From a phage: DNA of 64,000 nucleotides. Of this stretch, positions 45,537 to 55,421 are shown piece after piece (positions within the stretch are counted from its first letter, which is position 1; every line of letters starts with the position of its first letter). A program made the translations under genes and the position numbers. The DNA lies in sequence record PZ154896.1. One strand, given 5' to 3'. The notes under the pieces were generated by a model. That model was not told the origin of the DNA. It searched no databases and was given only the letters and a program-made list of their open reading frames with translations.

Positions 45537-45764
45537 TCATTCTATTTCCTTTGCTGCAAATAAGGCAGCATCCAACGAATCAAATTGGTCAACGAAATCA
45601 ATATTCAACGCATCGTCAACCGTAGCATATAACCACCATTGTTTGAATTCATATTCTAGGATAAATCCAGGCCCTTCAATCTGAGGAAGACCTAGGCTAT
45701 TTGTACCAACTTCGTAACCAGCTAGACGCAGGTCATTAATCAAAGTTTCTGTTAATACGCTCAT
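45537..45764 (-). CDS. Hypothetical protein (75 aa)
   Basis: ORF track. Confidence 0.5.
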   Translation of the reverse strand: MSVLTETLINDLRLAGYEVGTNSLGLPQIEGPGFILEYEFKQWWLYATVDDALNIDFVDQFDSLDAALFAAKEIE

Positions 45765-46093
45765 TTTACCGCCTTAACAATTTTCAGGTCAACGAATTTT
45801 TTCTTACGTTGATTTTTCATACGACGGATAGTTTTTTCAGAGATTTCATGTTTCTGATAAGCTTTAGATTCAACACCAAATGCAGCAACGTCAAATTCAG
45901 AAAGAATATATTGTACTAGAATTTCGCGAATAGAATTACGTCCAATTTTCTGGTCGTGTTTTTGCATGATTTCATAAAGACGGAATTCCCACGCGTCAAG
46001 AACTTGAGGAGTAACAATATTGCCGGATTCAAGAAGAGCAACAACTTTATCGAAAGCGAAAGAATTAACTACATTTTTGATTTTAGTAGACAT
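45761..46093 (-). CDS. Hypothetical protein (~110 aa)
   Basis: ORF track trimmed to MSTKIKN with GAGGAAA RBS. Confidence 0.5.
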   Translation of the reverse strand: MSTKIKNVVNSFAFDKVVALLESGNIVTPQVLDAWEFRLYEIMQKHDQKIGRNSIREILVQYILSEFDVAAFGVESKAYQKHEISEKTIRRMKNQRKKKFVDLKIVKAVK

Positions 46094-46130
46094 ATTATTT
46101 TCCTCGGTTGTTTTATTATCCAATGAGAGC

Positions 46131-46160
46131 ATTATACTCTGCTCTCAAGAGTTTGTGCAT
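46131..46160 (-). promoter_or_regulatory. Early promoter cassette, near-duplicate of the ndd cassette (tgagagc-attatactct-gctctca)
   Basis: About 38 of 40 nt identical to 2531-2570. Confidence 0.5.
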
Positions 46161-46399
46161 TATTTCGTGATAAGATAATGTAAATAGTTTGCTTGACGAA
46201 CACTGATATCAACACCCATATCAAAGATACCTTTATAGAACGGGTATTTGTTTTCAGTAGAATCTAGACTAAAAGCCTTTCCACCACAACTAACGGTAAT
46301 AGCATCAGTTAAAGTGTCATATACAAACTTAATAGTTGAACCATTCACTACGACTTCAAGACGTTTTTTCGATGTAGTAATGTCTAATTCTTGTTCCAT
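46160..46399 (-). CDS. Hypothetical protein (79 aa)
   Basis: ORF track. Confidence 0.5.
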   Translation of the reverse strand: MEQELDITTSKKRLEVVVNGSTIKFVYDTLTDAITVSCGGKAFSLDSTENKYPFYKGIFDMGVDISVRQANYLHYLITK

Positions 46400-46462
46400 G
46401 ATATTTTCCTCATTTTAAGATGATAGGAAGATAATAACATGTCTTCCTATCGTTGTACATTA

Positions 46463-46675
46463 TTAACCGAACTTTTTAGCGCCTTTCCAGCCTTCGTACA
46501 TAACTGCACAAGTCAGTAGTACAGCGTGCTGGCATTCTTTGTATTTGTAAATCCAGAACCAACGTAAAAAGTCTTCATCATCAACACCGTTGAGTTTCAT
46601 ATTGGCAAAGAATTCGGCACGTTCTTCACGAAGTTGCCATGACACAATATTTTCAGGATTCATTTTGTGTTCCAC
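46463..46675 (-). CDS. Hypothetical protein (70 aa)
   Basis: ORF track. Confidence 0.5.
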   Translation of the reverse strand: MEHKMNPENIVSWQLREERAEFFANMKLNGVDDEDFLRWFWIYKYKECQHAVLLTCAVMYEGWKGAKKFG

Positions 46676-46794
46676 GCCCCATTTTCATCGATGAACTTAA
46701 TCCAGTCATTTACAGACCATTTAGTTGTATCACCCTTTGGATTAGCATTTAAAGTATATAATCCCTGCTTAAAAAGCATTCGTTTGATATTCAT
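46660..46794 (-). CDS. Hypothetical protein (~44 aa)
   Basis: ORF track trimmed to MNIKRM with GAGGAAA RBS. Confidence 0.35.
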   Translation of the reverse strand: MNIKRMLFKQGLYTLNANPKGDTTKWSVNDWIKFIDENGAWNTK

Positions 46795-46801
46795 AATTTC
46801 C

Positions 46802-47095
46802 TCAACTGTAACGATAACATTCGTTAGCTTTACGTTTGGCTTCAGTATGAGAAGTATTATAATCATAATCTTCTTTACTGTAAACATCTTTTTTCAACTT
46901 ACGAACTTCTTTGCGAAGTTGTCGATTCATTTCATTCTTGACTTCAGAATCAACGCCTTTCATACGTTTCCATTTATCTGAGCGGAAAATGTTTTCAACC
47001 ATGTCTTTGTGGCTAACACCGTCAGGAGCTTTACGTTTACCAAAATAGTCGTAATCACGAACTTTCAAATCTTTACGACGATACGTTTTACCCAT
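46802..47095 (-). CDS. Hypothetical basic protein (~97 aa)
   Basis: ORF track trimmed to MGKTYRR with GAGGTA RBS. Confidence 0.45.
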   Translation of the reverse strand: MGKTYRRKDLKVRDYDYFGKRKAPDGVSHKDMVENIFRSDKWKRMKGVDSEVKNEMNRQLRKEVRKLKKDVYSKEDYDYNTSHTEAKRKANECYRYS

Positions 47096-47102
47096 AAGTA
47101 CC

Positions 47103-47351
47103 TCAGAGGTTGATTGATACAATGCGTTTGATAAAATTCACTTCACTTACTGAAAGGTCTTTAAGACCGATTGATTCTAAACGCTGAGTAAGCGTCAACA
47201 TTGGGATATAGTCCCAGTGTGTTTTAGACGTTTGATAAGTATGGACGCCATTAGCAATTTCAACATGCAAATCGGAAATGGTAACGAATACTGGACGCTC
47301 ATCATTAACTTTAAGGGTTAGAACAACTTTCTTTGAATCTAAACTAATCAT
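47103..47351 (-). CDS. Hypothetical protein (82 aa)
   Basis: ORF track. Confidence 0.5.
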   Translation of the reverse strand: MISLDSKKVVLTLKVNDERPVFVTISDLHVEIANGVHTYQTSKTHWDYIPMLTLTQRLESIGLKDLSVSEVNFIKRIVSINL

Positions 47352-47530
47352 GGCTTAATTTCCTTCGCAATTGAACAGAAGATACCGCGGTCACAAAGCG
47401 TTTCACCAATTTCTGGATATTTGATTGAACGGTACCAAACATCCAGGCTTGAAACTCTGGTTATCTGTACTGCATTACCATTGACAGAATAGTACTGGTC
47501 GACCTTAATTTCTTTATCTTCAATTGTCAT
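47348..47530 (-). CDS. Hypothetical protein (~60 aa)
   Basis: ORF track trimmed to MTIEDKEIK with AGAGGAAAA RBS. Confidence 0.4.
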   Translation of the reverse strand: MTIEDKEIKVDQYYSVNGNAVQITRVSSLDVWYRSIKYPEIGETLCDRGIFCSIAKEIKP

Positions 47531-47695
47531 TTTATTTTCCTCTATAGTAGATGGTTTAATCTTAACACATCTATTGAGGATGTAAACTGTTTTATGAAAA
47601 TATTTTCGATTTGAGAGGGGCACAAGGAGATAGTGAAGTGAAGATTCCAATGGATTATATTAGAAATGAGATAAAGAAGACCAGGCGGCACCTGG

Positions 47696-48019
47696 TCAAT
47701 CTTCTATGATATCAGAGTCATATCCTAATGAAATCAAGGACTTTTTAAACTCTGCAATATTCTTTTGTTTCTTATCATTTAAAAATATGACAGGATAACG
47801 AATATTAAGTGAAGTGAATCCTGCACGTTTAGCAAGAGATACGATTAAAGGACGGTCATATTCAATCTTACCATTATTAGTGAGGACTTTATAAAATGTA
47901 TAAGGAGCATTGAGCTCCTTTAAAAGTTTTGTAACAGTATAACATCCCGGACAACGTCCTACTTCTTCAGGGATGCCATAAATTTCAATCTTGTTCTTTA
48001 AGTTCGAGTTTTGTTCCAC
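47696..48019 (-). CDS. Glutaredoxin-like thioredoxin-fold protein (CPGC active site), NrdH-like; start uncertain
   Basis: ...IEIYGIPEEVGRCPGCY...RYPVIFLNDKK... within 150-aa track ORF; N-terminal extent unclear. Confidence 0.5.
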   Translation of the reverse strand: MEQNSNLKNKIEIYGIPEEVGRCPGCYTVTKLLKELNAPYTFYKVLTNNGKIEYDRPLIVSLAKRAGFTSLNIRYPVIFLNDKKQKNIAEFKKSLISLGYDSDIIED

Positions 48020-48302
48020 GAGAAATAATTCCTTGGTAAGCCCAATAAGGAGGATTAACAGAATCCTCACCAGAGTTTTCTTCAGGAAAATAAACCTGGA
48101 TAACAAATCCGGATGCATCAAAGGTAAAATAAACCGTAGGTAATTCACCTAACAATTCGGCATGAGCATTAATTTCTTCGAGATCTCGTTCACGCCCAGC
48201 CCAAAAACTAGGATTTAGACTACATTCATAGAAATAATAGTCATTACCGAACATATCAAAACCTTTCCAACTCTCTACCACATACTGCTCAAAACTAATC
48301 AT
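47985..48302 (-). CDS. Hypothetical protein (105 aa)
   Basis: ORF track. Confidence 0.45.
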   Translation of the reverse strand: MISFEQYVVESWKGFDMFGNDYYFYECSLNPSFWAGRERDLEEINAHAELLGELPTVYFTFDASGFVIQVYFPEENSGEDSVNPPYWAYQGIISRGTKLELKEQD

Positions 48303-48304
48303 AA

Positions 48305-48520
48305 TTAAGCCTTTTTATCAAGAACAGAATTCAGTTTATTAGTAATTTTGTCCAAACGTTCATTGAATTCGCTGGAGGATAAACCCTTTTCCGGAGAAAT
48401 TAAACTAATCAAGAAAAATACAACAGTAAAAGGAATAAGAAAAATAGCTCCAACTGCCATAAACAGAAAGAATGTTACAGTTGTAAGAAAATCAGCTAAA
48501 CCTTTACGAAATTTATACAT
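48305..48520 (-). CDS. Small membrane protein (71 aa)
   Basis: ORF track; hydrophobic core. Confidence 0.5.
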   Translation of the reverse strand: MYKFRKGLADFLTTVTFFLFMAVGAIFLIPFTVVFFLISLISPEKGLSSSEFNERLDKITNKLNSVLDKKA

Positions 48521-48630
48521 ATTTACCCTTAATTAACTAAGCATTGATAAGCACTAAACTATATTGCGAATAAAATTCTGGACCAAAACGAAAAATCATG
48601 TCATTTATAGTATCCATAATGTAATTCAAT

Positions 48631-49101
48631 TTAATCATGTTTCCACACCCCATCGGTATTTGACCAAAGTCGCTGATTATCTGATCCTCGCCACAGCTTT
48701 TTAGTCGGAAGATTTTTCTCGTACTTCCCATCAATAATAACATCAACATATTTAAGCATTTCTAGTTGTTTAATATCTTCAAACTTATATCCTGTCCACA
48801 ACCAAATGCTTTTATTGGGATAAAGATTTTTTACTGTTTGAACGATGCAATGAACAACATCTCTGTTGTCAGGATAGAGAGGGTCACCTCCGGTTATAGT
48901 CAATCCTTCTATATAATCATTATTCAAACATTCAATTAATTGTTCTAGTGTCTCTCCAGTGAATGGAATGCCATTTCTAGCATTCCATGTTGATTTATTA
49001 TAACACCCTTCGCATTTATGCAAACAACCTGTAACGAAAAGAACGACCCTGCATCCAGAGCCATTCACAAAATCGCAGGGATAAAATCTATCGTAATTCA
49101 T
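48631..49101 (-). CDS. nrdG: Anaerobic ribonucleotide reductase activating protein NrdG (radical SAM)
   Basis: 156 aa; CDFVNGSGCRVVLFVTGCLHKCEGCYN; adjacent to nrdD. Confidence 0.9.
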   Translation of the reverse strand: MNYDRFYPCDFVNGSGCRVVLFVTGCLHKCEGCYNKSTWNARNGIPFTGETLEQLIECLNNDYIEGLTITGGDPLYPDNRDVVHCIVQTVKNLYPNKSIWLWTGYKFEDIKQLEMLKYVDVIIDGKYEKNLPTKKLWRGSDNQRLWSNTDGVWKHD

Positions 49102-50915
49102 TGGTGTTTAACCCTATGCATGATTTCTTTATTTTTACCGAGATTAAATCCGCGTTCGTTCGGATTTCCCAAATAACCGCATGTTCTTCTTATAGTATTC
49201 ATCTTTTTAGGATCAGTTTCTCCACAAACTGAACAAACAAATCCGTTTTCAGTAGGAGTCATTTCATGAGTACTTCCGCATGTAAAACATTTATCTACTG
49301 GCATATTAACACCAAAATAATCTAAATGTTGCGCAGCATAATCCCATACAGCCTCAAGACCTTTTAGGTTATTTTTCATATCAGGAAGTTCAACATAAGA
49401 AATGTGACCGCCTGTTGCAATGAAATGATATGGGGCTTCGCGAGAAATCTTTTCAAATGGAGTAATATTTTCTTCTACTGAAACGTGGAAACTGTTAGTG
49501 TACCAGCCTTTATCGGTGACATCTTTTACACTTCCATATTTTTCTGTATCAAGTTTACAGAAGCGATAACAAAGGTTTTCAGCAGGAGTAGAATATAAAC
49601 TAAAAGCAAATCCAGTTCTTTCAGACCACTGTTTAAGATGAGCATTCATTTTAGTTAAAATTTCTTGTCCAATATCACGACCGACAAGAATATTCAATTC
49701 GTGAATACCAATGTATCCCAAAGACACTGAACTTCTACCATTTTTAAATAACTCAATTATATCGTCATCAGGTTTAAGACGAACCCCGAATGCACCTTCT
49801 TGGTAAAGAATAGGAGCTACAGTTGCTTTAACACCCTTTAAAGAACTAATTCTACACATCAAAGCTTCAAAACACAGATCCATTCGTTCATTAAATAGCT
49901 CAACAAATTTCTGTTCATTGAATTGTGTTCCAATATAAGAATCTAATGCAATACGAGGAAGATTCAGTGTTACAACACCAAGATTATTACGTCCATCAAG
50001 AATTTCATTACCAGTCGAATCTTTCCATACACTCAAGAAACTACGACAACCCATTGGAGAAACAGGAATAGATGAACCGGTGATAGCTTTATTATTCTTA
50101 ACTGAAATAATATCAGGATACATTCTTTTGCTTGCACACTCTAGAGCAAGCTGCTTAATATCATAGTTCGGATCATCTTTATAAAGATTAACACCTTCTT
50201 CAACAAACATAACAAGTTTAGGAAAAATAGGAGTTATCCCATCGCGTCCAAGGCCTTTAATACGATTTTTCAGAATTGCTTTCTGAATCATTCGTTCAGC
50301 CCAGTCAGTTCCCATACCAAACGTAATTGTTACAAAAGGCGTTTGTCCGTTTGAACTAAAGAGAGTATTTACTTCATATTCATAAGCTTGGAATGCATCG
50401 TATACGTCTTTTTCTGTTTTAGATTGGGCATAATTCAACGCATCAGCGATTTGCCATTTTTCTGCATCTTCAACATGTTTAGCGTATGTGCGTTTAACAT
50501 AAGGAGAAAGAACTTTATCGACATTCGCAAATGTAGTTCCGCCGTACTGGTGTGAAGCAACCTGTGCGGTAATTTGTGCCATAATTGCAGTAGCAACGCC
50601 AATAGATTTAGGCGTTTCAATTTGAGCATTACCTAGCTTAAATCCATTCTCAAGCATCCCCTTTAAATCGACTAAACAGCAATTAGTAAATGGAAGAGCA
50701 GGAGAATAATCAATATCATGCATGTGAATGATTCCGCTTTCATGCGCATTCATAATAAAAGACGGGACCATATTTTTGGCAATGTGCTTAGACACAATAC
50801 CAGCCATAAGGTCCCGTTGAGTTGGAAAAACACGAGAATCTTTATTAGCATTCTCGTTCAAAAGATCTTTATTAGTTTTATGAATTAATCCTTCAATTTC
50901 TTTTTCAATTTTCAT
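49098..50915 (-). CDS. nrdD: Anaerobic ribonucleoside-triphosphate reductase NrdD
   Basis: 605 aa; C-terminal zinc/glycyl-radical region ...CFTCGSTHEM...CSVCGE...RTCGYLGNP; uninterrupted. Confidence 0.95.
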   Translation of the reverse strand: MKIEKEIEGLIHKTNKDLLNENANKDSRVFPTQRDLMAGIVSKHIAKNMVPSFIMNAHESGIIHMHDIDYSPALPFTNCCLVDLKGMLENGFKLGNAQIETPKSIGVATAIMAQITAQVASHQYGGTTFANVDKVLSPYVKRTYAKHVEDAEKWQIADALNYAQSKTEKDVYDAFQAYEYEVNTLFSSNGQTPFVTITFGMGTDWAERMIQKAILKNRIKGLGRDGITPIFPKLVMFVEEGVNLYKDDPNYDIKQLALECASKRMYPDIISVKNNKAITGSSIPVSPMGCRSFLSVWKDSTGNEILDGRNNLGVVTLNLPRIALDSYIGTQFNEQKFVELFNERMDLCFEALMCRISSLKGVKATVAPILYQEGAFGVRLKPDDDIIELFKNGRSSVSLGYIGIHELNILVGRDIGQEILTKMNAHLKQWSERTGFAFSLYSTPAENLCYRFCKLDTEKYGSVKDVTDKGWYTNSFHVSVEENITPFEKISREAPYHFIATGGHISYVELPDMKNNLKGLEAVWDYAAQHLDYFGVNMPVDKCFTCGSTHEMTPTENGFVCSVCGETDPKKMNTIRRTCGYLGNPNERGFNLGKNKEIMHRVKHQ

Positions 50916-51385
50916 TTTAAACTCTTTCTAAGCTGCTTTTTGAATGAAGCTATTAATTGTGTTTTGGTATCAGATTCATTATATTCAAATCCTCTTTGAA
51001 GCATCTCAGCCATCATTTCCTCTTTACCTAGTCTTGAGAACTCTTTAGTTTTGTCTGGAACAAAATTAGGATGGATATTATTATCAGAATAATCTTGTTT
51101 CAAATAAGCAAGAAGAGCTTCAAGCCATTCGAGGTAGTCGACATCACGTCCTTTAAGACCGGAACGGTTGAACTTATGCTTCATTTGGCCTTCTGCTGCG
51201 TTGCACAGATTACAGAGTAATCCACGAACTCTACCGGCTTTTGGCCCGTTTAATTCATGGTCGTGGTCAAGATGGTTACCTTGAACATCAGGGTCTAATT
51301 CACGGTGGCAAATAGGACACTTACCATTCTGTGCATCATAAAATTTTTGTTTTTCTTCTTTATATTTTGCGCCTGATAATAACAT
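50912..51385 (-). CDS. 49: Endonuclease VII (gp49, Holliday junction resolvase)
   Basis: 157 aa; MLLSGAKYKEEKQKFYDAQNGKCPICHREL...HLDHDHELNGPKAGRVRGLLCNLCNAAEG... matches T4 endo VII. Confidence 0.9.
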   Translation of the reverse strand: MLLSGAKYKEEKQKFYDAQNGKCPICHRELDPDVQGNHLDHDHELNGPKAGRVRGLLCNLCNAAEGQMKHKFNRSGLKGRDVDYLEWLEALLAYLKQDYSDNNIHPNFVPDKTKEFSRLGKEEMMAEMLQRGFEYNESDTKTQLIASFKKQLRKSLK

Positions 51386-51390
51386 GATAA

Positions 51391-51422
51391 ACCCTTACCT
51401 TAAATAGATAAGGGTATTTATA
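51391..51422 (-). promoter_or_regulatory. Late promoter TATAAATA (51415-51422) abutting hairpin accctta/taagggt that contains the gene 49 SD
   Basis: Matches the architecture known for T4 gene 49 (early transcript masks RBS, late transcript starts inside hairpin). Confidence 0.55.
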
Positions 51423-51423
51423 A

Positions 51424-51603
51424 TTTAGTAAACGTTATAAAAGTCTCGATGAAAACGTTTATATTGTCGAATCATTTTCTTAGTAGGACGTGTTACTGAA
51501 ATAATTGAAGTAGTCATAGTCGGATTGTTTGGAGCACCAGTCATAACAAATTTCCAGGATTTTTGTCCATTTTTTCTTTCACCATAAAATAATTCAGTTT
51601 TCA
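51424..51603 (-). CDS. Small protein (~59 aa)
   Basis: Hand-translated MKTELFYGERKNGQKSWKFVMTGAPNNPTMTTSIISVTRPTKKMIRQYKRFHRDFYNVY. Confidence 0.35.
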
Positions 51604-51613
51604 TAATAAACCT

Positions 51614-52024
51614 TTAACTTAAACGTCTTTCTAAATATTCAATGTATTCCGCTGCTGCTTGCATCAGATTACCTTCATAGCCGTCATTATTTTCTTGTGC
51701 GGCTAATTTAGCTAAAGCATAAGAAATACGTTCCCCTTCGAATTCACCAAGTTCACTGTCACAAACTACTTGGTCAATTTCTTCGAGTTCATCTATTGAA
51801 TTGGATTCCCAGAAACACCAAAAACTGATATCACGGTCGTGGATGCAAAGTTTCTCGCCTGTAGACAACATTACTTCAACGATGCCACCCGACAGGTCAG
51901 CCGTTGTTGAAATACCAATTACCTTGATGATTGTTCCTTTCTTTAATTCAGGAAACTTGACTTGTAGTTCTTCATCTTCTTTAACAATCTTGAACCATTT
52001 ACCGCGAGTTTCAGAAATATTCAT
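51614..52024 (-). CDS. Hypothetical protein (~136 aa; pin region)
   Basis: ORF track trimmed to MNISETRG with GGAG RBS. Confidence 0.5.
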   Translation of the reverse strand: MNISETRGKWFKIVKEDEELQVKFPELKKGTIIKVIGISTTADLSGGIVEVMLSTGEKLCIHDRDISFWCFWESNSIDELEEIDQVVCDSELGEFEGERISYALAKLAAQENNDGYEGNLMQAAAEYIEYLERRLS

Positions 52025-52064
52025 AACCATACTCCATATCAATTAATTCATTTATTGAAGGTTC

Positions 52065-52094
52065 ATCATAACACGTTTCTTCGTCATTGTAAAC
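52065..52094 (-). promoter_or_regulatory. Early promoter (GTTTAC, 18 nt, TGtTATGAT)
   Basis: Sequence pattern. Confidence 0.5.
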
Positions 52095-52143
52095 TGTTTC
52101 GACGTCTGGCTCGACTGTCTCCCATCGAGCCGAATACCACGGT

Positions 52144-52479
52144 TTAACCGCGGAGCTTATTGAGCTCTTCATAATCAATCCAGGATTCTAGCCCAGATGG
52201 CAAATCAGATTCAACGTTCCACAGAAGCTCTTCGATGGCTTGTAGGCGATTATATTCTTCAACAGTAATAGTAACCATTGTTTCAGGCTTTTTAACCATC
52301 ATGTCATTCATCAGAATGTACAGGTCTTCACAAACAGCCGGGTCGTCCCATGTCCATATTTCAGCATCTCGAACCAATGAAGTCGGAATCGAATTTAAAA
52401 CTTCAAGCTTAGTAGGAGCGTCAGGGCCGAGAAGAGTTGCTACAAATTTATACGCTTTGGCGAAATCAATATCGTTCAT
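52144..52479 (-). CDS. Hypothetical acidic protein (111 aa)
   Basis: ORF track. Confidence 0.5.
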   Translation of the reverse strand: MNDIDFAKAYKFVATLLGPDAPTKLEVLNSIPTSLVRDAEIWTWDDPAVCEDLYILMNDMMVKKPETMVTITVEEYNRLQAIEELLWNVESDLPSGLESWIDYEELNKLRG

Positions 52480-52737
52480 TTAAAATATTCTCGCAGTTGG
52501 TCAAATCCACCAATGTGACTTCCGTCAGGAGCAAACACTTGAGGCATAGTCAATCCGACTTGTGATTCACGTCCAAGCTTAACCAGAAGCTCAGCAATTT
52601 TCTCATCATCGAACACACCTTTTTCTGGCATAACATTAATGAATTCGAATGGCTGTTTCTTAACAGTCAGCAATCGTTTCGCATTATCACAATAAATGCA
52701 TTTATGAATAGTAGAGTCATACCCGTACACTTTAAAC
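52476..52737 (-). CDS. nrdC: Thioredoxin NrdC
   Basis: MFKVYGYDSTIHKCIYCDNAKRLLTVKKQPFEFINVMPEKGVFDDEKIAELL... matches T4 NrdC. Confidence 0.85.
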
Positions 52738-53145
52738 ATTATTTTTCCTTTCATCAATTAAATATGCAACGCCAAATACAATACATGTAATAAAACCTGT
52801 GATACAGATAGAAACCAACAACACTGTACCAAAGAACCAAATCAAGTTATCTTTAGTAGTTTGTTTGATATCCATCTCACGAATTTCTATAGCTATCGTA
52901 TCACCTTTATTAAGAAGCGTATAAAACGATGGTGATACATGCCTGTCAAAAACTCGACCTTGTTCATCTTTATAAACTGCAATAAATTCCAATTTAGAAT
53001 ATTTTCCTGTAGATTGACCTGAAATTAATTCCACTACCTCCACAGGAATTACTTTAGTTTCCATGTAAGTATTCTGGCTGTTCCAAATGAATGGAATGAC
53101 GGCAAAAACTAAAGCTGCAATAAAACAACGAAGGCTATATCTCAT
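52732..53145 (-). CDS. Membrane protein (137 aa)
   Basis: ORF track; N- and C-terminal TM segments. Confidence 0.5.
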   Translation of the reverse strand: MRYSLRCFIAALVFAVIPFIWNSQNTYMETKVIPVEVVELISGQSTGKYSKLEFIAVYKDEQGRVFDRHVSPSFYTLLNKGDTIAIEIREMDIKQTTKDNLIWFFGTVLLVSICITGFITCIVFGVAYLIDERKNNV

Positions 53146-53450
53146 TATAATGTTCTCTCAAATTTGTGGAAGCATTTACGGCATTTCAATTTCAAGTTAT
53201 CAGTGGTCCAGTTAACCAGTTGGACTTGGATAGTTCCACATTCCGGACATGGATGTTTTGCTGCCGATTTGGCAGCATTTTCACGTCGTTCAACCATTTT
53301 CATGATTTCGTTCCATGCCGGAGTAACGAACTCTTCTTCACCGTGGATTTTATCTCGCTGAACAAATTCAATCTTTGAACTATCGTCAATAAACTTAACC
53401 AAGCTGTGATTAGTGCTCATGTCAATATCCTCTAAAAGACGTAGTTTCAT
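53145..53450 (-). CDS. Zinc-ribbon protein (101 aa)
   Basis: C-terminal CPECG...CRKCFHKF. Confidence 0.5.
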   Translation of the reverse strand: MKLRLLEDIDMSTNHSLVKFIDDSSKIEFVQRDKIHGEEEFVTPAWNEIMKMVERRENAAKSAAKHPCPECGTIQVQLVNWTTDNLKLKCRKCFHKFERTL

Positions 53451-54400
53451 TATAAAACCTCAATGGCATTTCGTAAACCATCAGCTTTTGCATTCAGAGC
53501 TTTTAATGATTTAGTTTGTTCTGCAATCTGGACTTCGACTTCTTTCAGACGAGATTTGAGATATTCGCGTTCTTCTCTTAAGTTATCAACTTTTTCTACT
53601 TTAGGTTCTTTAATAGGCTTAGGCTTATACGTATTAGGGTTCTTCAGCTTAATTTGAATACGAGAACTGTATAACATTGAACCGTTATCTTCGGATTCGT
53701 CGAACGTTTCAACAACATCCATAGTCTCTAACAATGTAATAAGTTTATAAGACAACGAACGAACGGTTTTGTTATGCTTATTAATTTCTTCAGCTTTCAT
53801 GGTACCGAGATTACGTGAGTAGTAATAAGGAACCTGGATATCAATTGACAATGATGCGTTACCATTACCAGTTGGTTTGAATACTGCAGTAACCCAATCT
53901 TTAACATGAACTTTATTTGTACGACCATCACCGCCTGTGAATAATTTACGTGAATGTTTAAAAAGCATATTCACTTGATTATTAAATTCACAAGCAAATT
54001 TATCAGCAAATTTAGTTTCAGGAATGGTAGATAACCAATCAGCTAAATGAGTCTTTTTAACATCGTTAATAATAGTAAATTCAACCAAATCAGTTTTAGA
54101 TGTCACAGATTTAATAAAGCTCGGCTTCATAAAGTTTTTAATGTTATCGCGAGCTACAGTAGAAGATAATAAACGAGAACGTTTGAACCATTGAAGCAGT
54201 GTCCCTAATGAATGAGAATACGCATTCTGAGTATCTTTACAGATATGATTTTCTTGACCTGTGTATGTACCAAAATCTCGAAGAATACCACTTACTACAA
54301 CTCGGTGTGGAACATCAAATCCTAATGAACCAGAAGCACGTTGGGCATGAACGTTAGCGATAAGACCTGCAAAATAATCAATGTAATGTGAACGTGTCAT
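53450..54400 (-). CDS. Hypothetical protein (316 aa) with C-terminal coiled coil
   Basis: ORF track; heptad-like C-terminus; cassette promoter upstream. Confidence 0.55.
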   Translation of the reverse strand: MTRSHYIDYFAGLIANVHAQRASGSLGFDVPHRVVVSGILRDFGTYTGQENHICKDTQNAYSHSLGTLLQWFKRSRLLSSTVARDNIKNFMKPSFIKSVTSKTDLVEFTIINDVKKTHLADWLSTIPETKFADKFACEFNNQVNMLFKHSRKLFTGGDGRTNKVHVKDWVTAVFKPTGNGNASLSIDIQVPYYYSRNLGTMKAEEINKHNKTVRSLSYKLITLLETMDVVETFDESEDNGSMLYSSRIQIKLKNPNTYKPKPIKEPKVEKVDNLREEREYLKSRLKEVEVQIAEQTKSLKALNAKADGLRNAIEVL

Positions 54401-54428
54401 AATATTTTCCTCTCGTTAAGATAAAAAG

Positions 54429-54458
54429 ATTATACTCCAACCATCCTTGGTTGTAAAC
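54429..54458 (-). promoter_or_regulatory. Early promoter cassette (GTTTAC, 18 nt, TATAAT; core attatactccaaccatccttggttgtaaac)
   Basis: Same cassette as at ~14084 and ~55422. Confidence 0.5.
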
Positions 54459-54462
54459 TGAT

Positions 54463-55395
54463 TTATGATTTTAATGCATTCATTGCGTTAAAAAGTTTAG
54501 AGTACTGCAACTGGAGCTTAGTAACTACTTGTTGAGCATCACGAAGCTTAGCTTGTGCTTTGTCAAGTTCAACAGACAGTTGGTCCACAGTGGCTTTGAT
54601 TTGATTATAATAGTAATCTTCGGCAGGAAGAAGTCCGTTAGAGATTTCCAGTTTAGTCGACGGTGTGCCGTTAAACATAACAGGTTGTGCTGAAGCTGAA
54701 TTAATCTTACCGATAGTCGGGGCGACAATAATTGACGCTTCGAACGTTGCATTTTCCTTTTTAAGATTTTTATAATATTCAGAGTCTTTGTGCCACCATG
54801 GCGCAGGAACCTTTTTACCAATAGATACACGAGCCTGGATAGCGATATGGCCCTTATTCTTGATAATGTCTATAATATTAAGCTCACGAGAATAAATTGC
54901 TTTAATCTGGTGAATATTATCACCTAACACTTCCAACGCTTGGTGGAATACACGAGCAACGTTATCATTCTTAGGTTTATACGTAAGAGTGAACTCGTTC
55001 TCACTGATAACCATGATTTCTAACTTATCGTAAGTATATTTCAAATGTTTCATGTTAATTGCTTGAGGACGAATACGAGAAGCAATGGCCATCAGATTGT
55101 TAAGGTTATTTCTGAACTGTTTAGCAAAATATTGTCCATAACCGCCGATACAAAAATTACGAAGTTTCTGTTTGGCTAATAAACGGCTGAACTCACCATT
55201 TTTAATGAACTCTTTAACGGGTGTGTTAGTAACGCATTCAAATTGAGTAAACTTACGAGAATTAATCCCATAATATGAACAGATTTCCTCAATCTCTTCA
55301 GGAGTCTTTACAGGCATACGGATAGGATTAGGACCTGGGGTATATGCGTTCGAGGTAAATTCTTTGATAAGTTCTCTACGTGTAATAGAAGCCAT
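54463..55395 (-). CDS. Hypothetical protein (310 aa) with C-terminal coiled coil
   Basis: ORF track. Confidence 0.55.
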   Translation of the reverse strand: MASITRRELIKEFTSNAYTPGPNPIRMPVKTPEEIEEICSYYGINSRKFTQFECVTNTPVKEFIKNGEFSRLLAKQKLRNFCIGGYGQYFAKQFRNNLNNLMAIASRIRPQAINMKHLKYTYDKLEIMVISENEFTLTYKPKNDNVARVFHQALEVLGDNIHQIKAIYSRELNIIDIIKNKGHIAIQARVSIGKKVPAPWWHKDSEYYKNLKKENATFEASIIVAPTIGKINSASAQPVMFNGTPSTKLEISNGLLPAEDYYYNQIKATVDQLSVELDKAQAKLRDAQQVVTKLQLQYSKLFNAMNALKS

Positions 55396-55421
55396 TTTAT
55401 ATTCCTCATGTTGAAAAATTT

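Noticed and set aside
48582-48589. Late-promoter-like TATAAATG upstream of the 71-aa membrane-protein gene
   Set aside because: One mismatch to the strict TATAAATA consensus; not called.
48537-48749. 70-aa minus-strand ORF
   Set aside because: Overlaps the 3' end of nrdG in another frame and the upstream intergenic region; no RBS; likely spurious.
49098-50915. Looked for group I introns or homing endonuclease genes in nrdD, gene 43 and nearby
   Set aside because: nrdD and gene 43 are uninterrupted at the expected lengths; no GIY-YIG, HNH or LAGLIDADG ORFs were recognised in intergenic positions.
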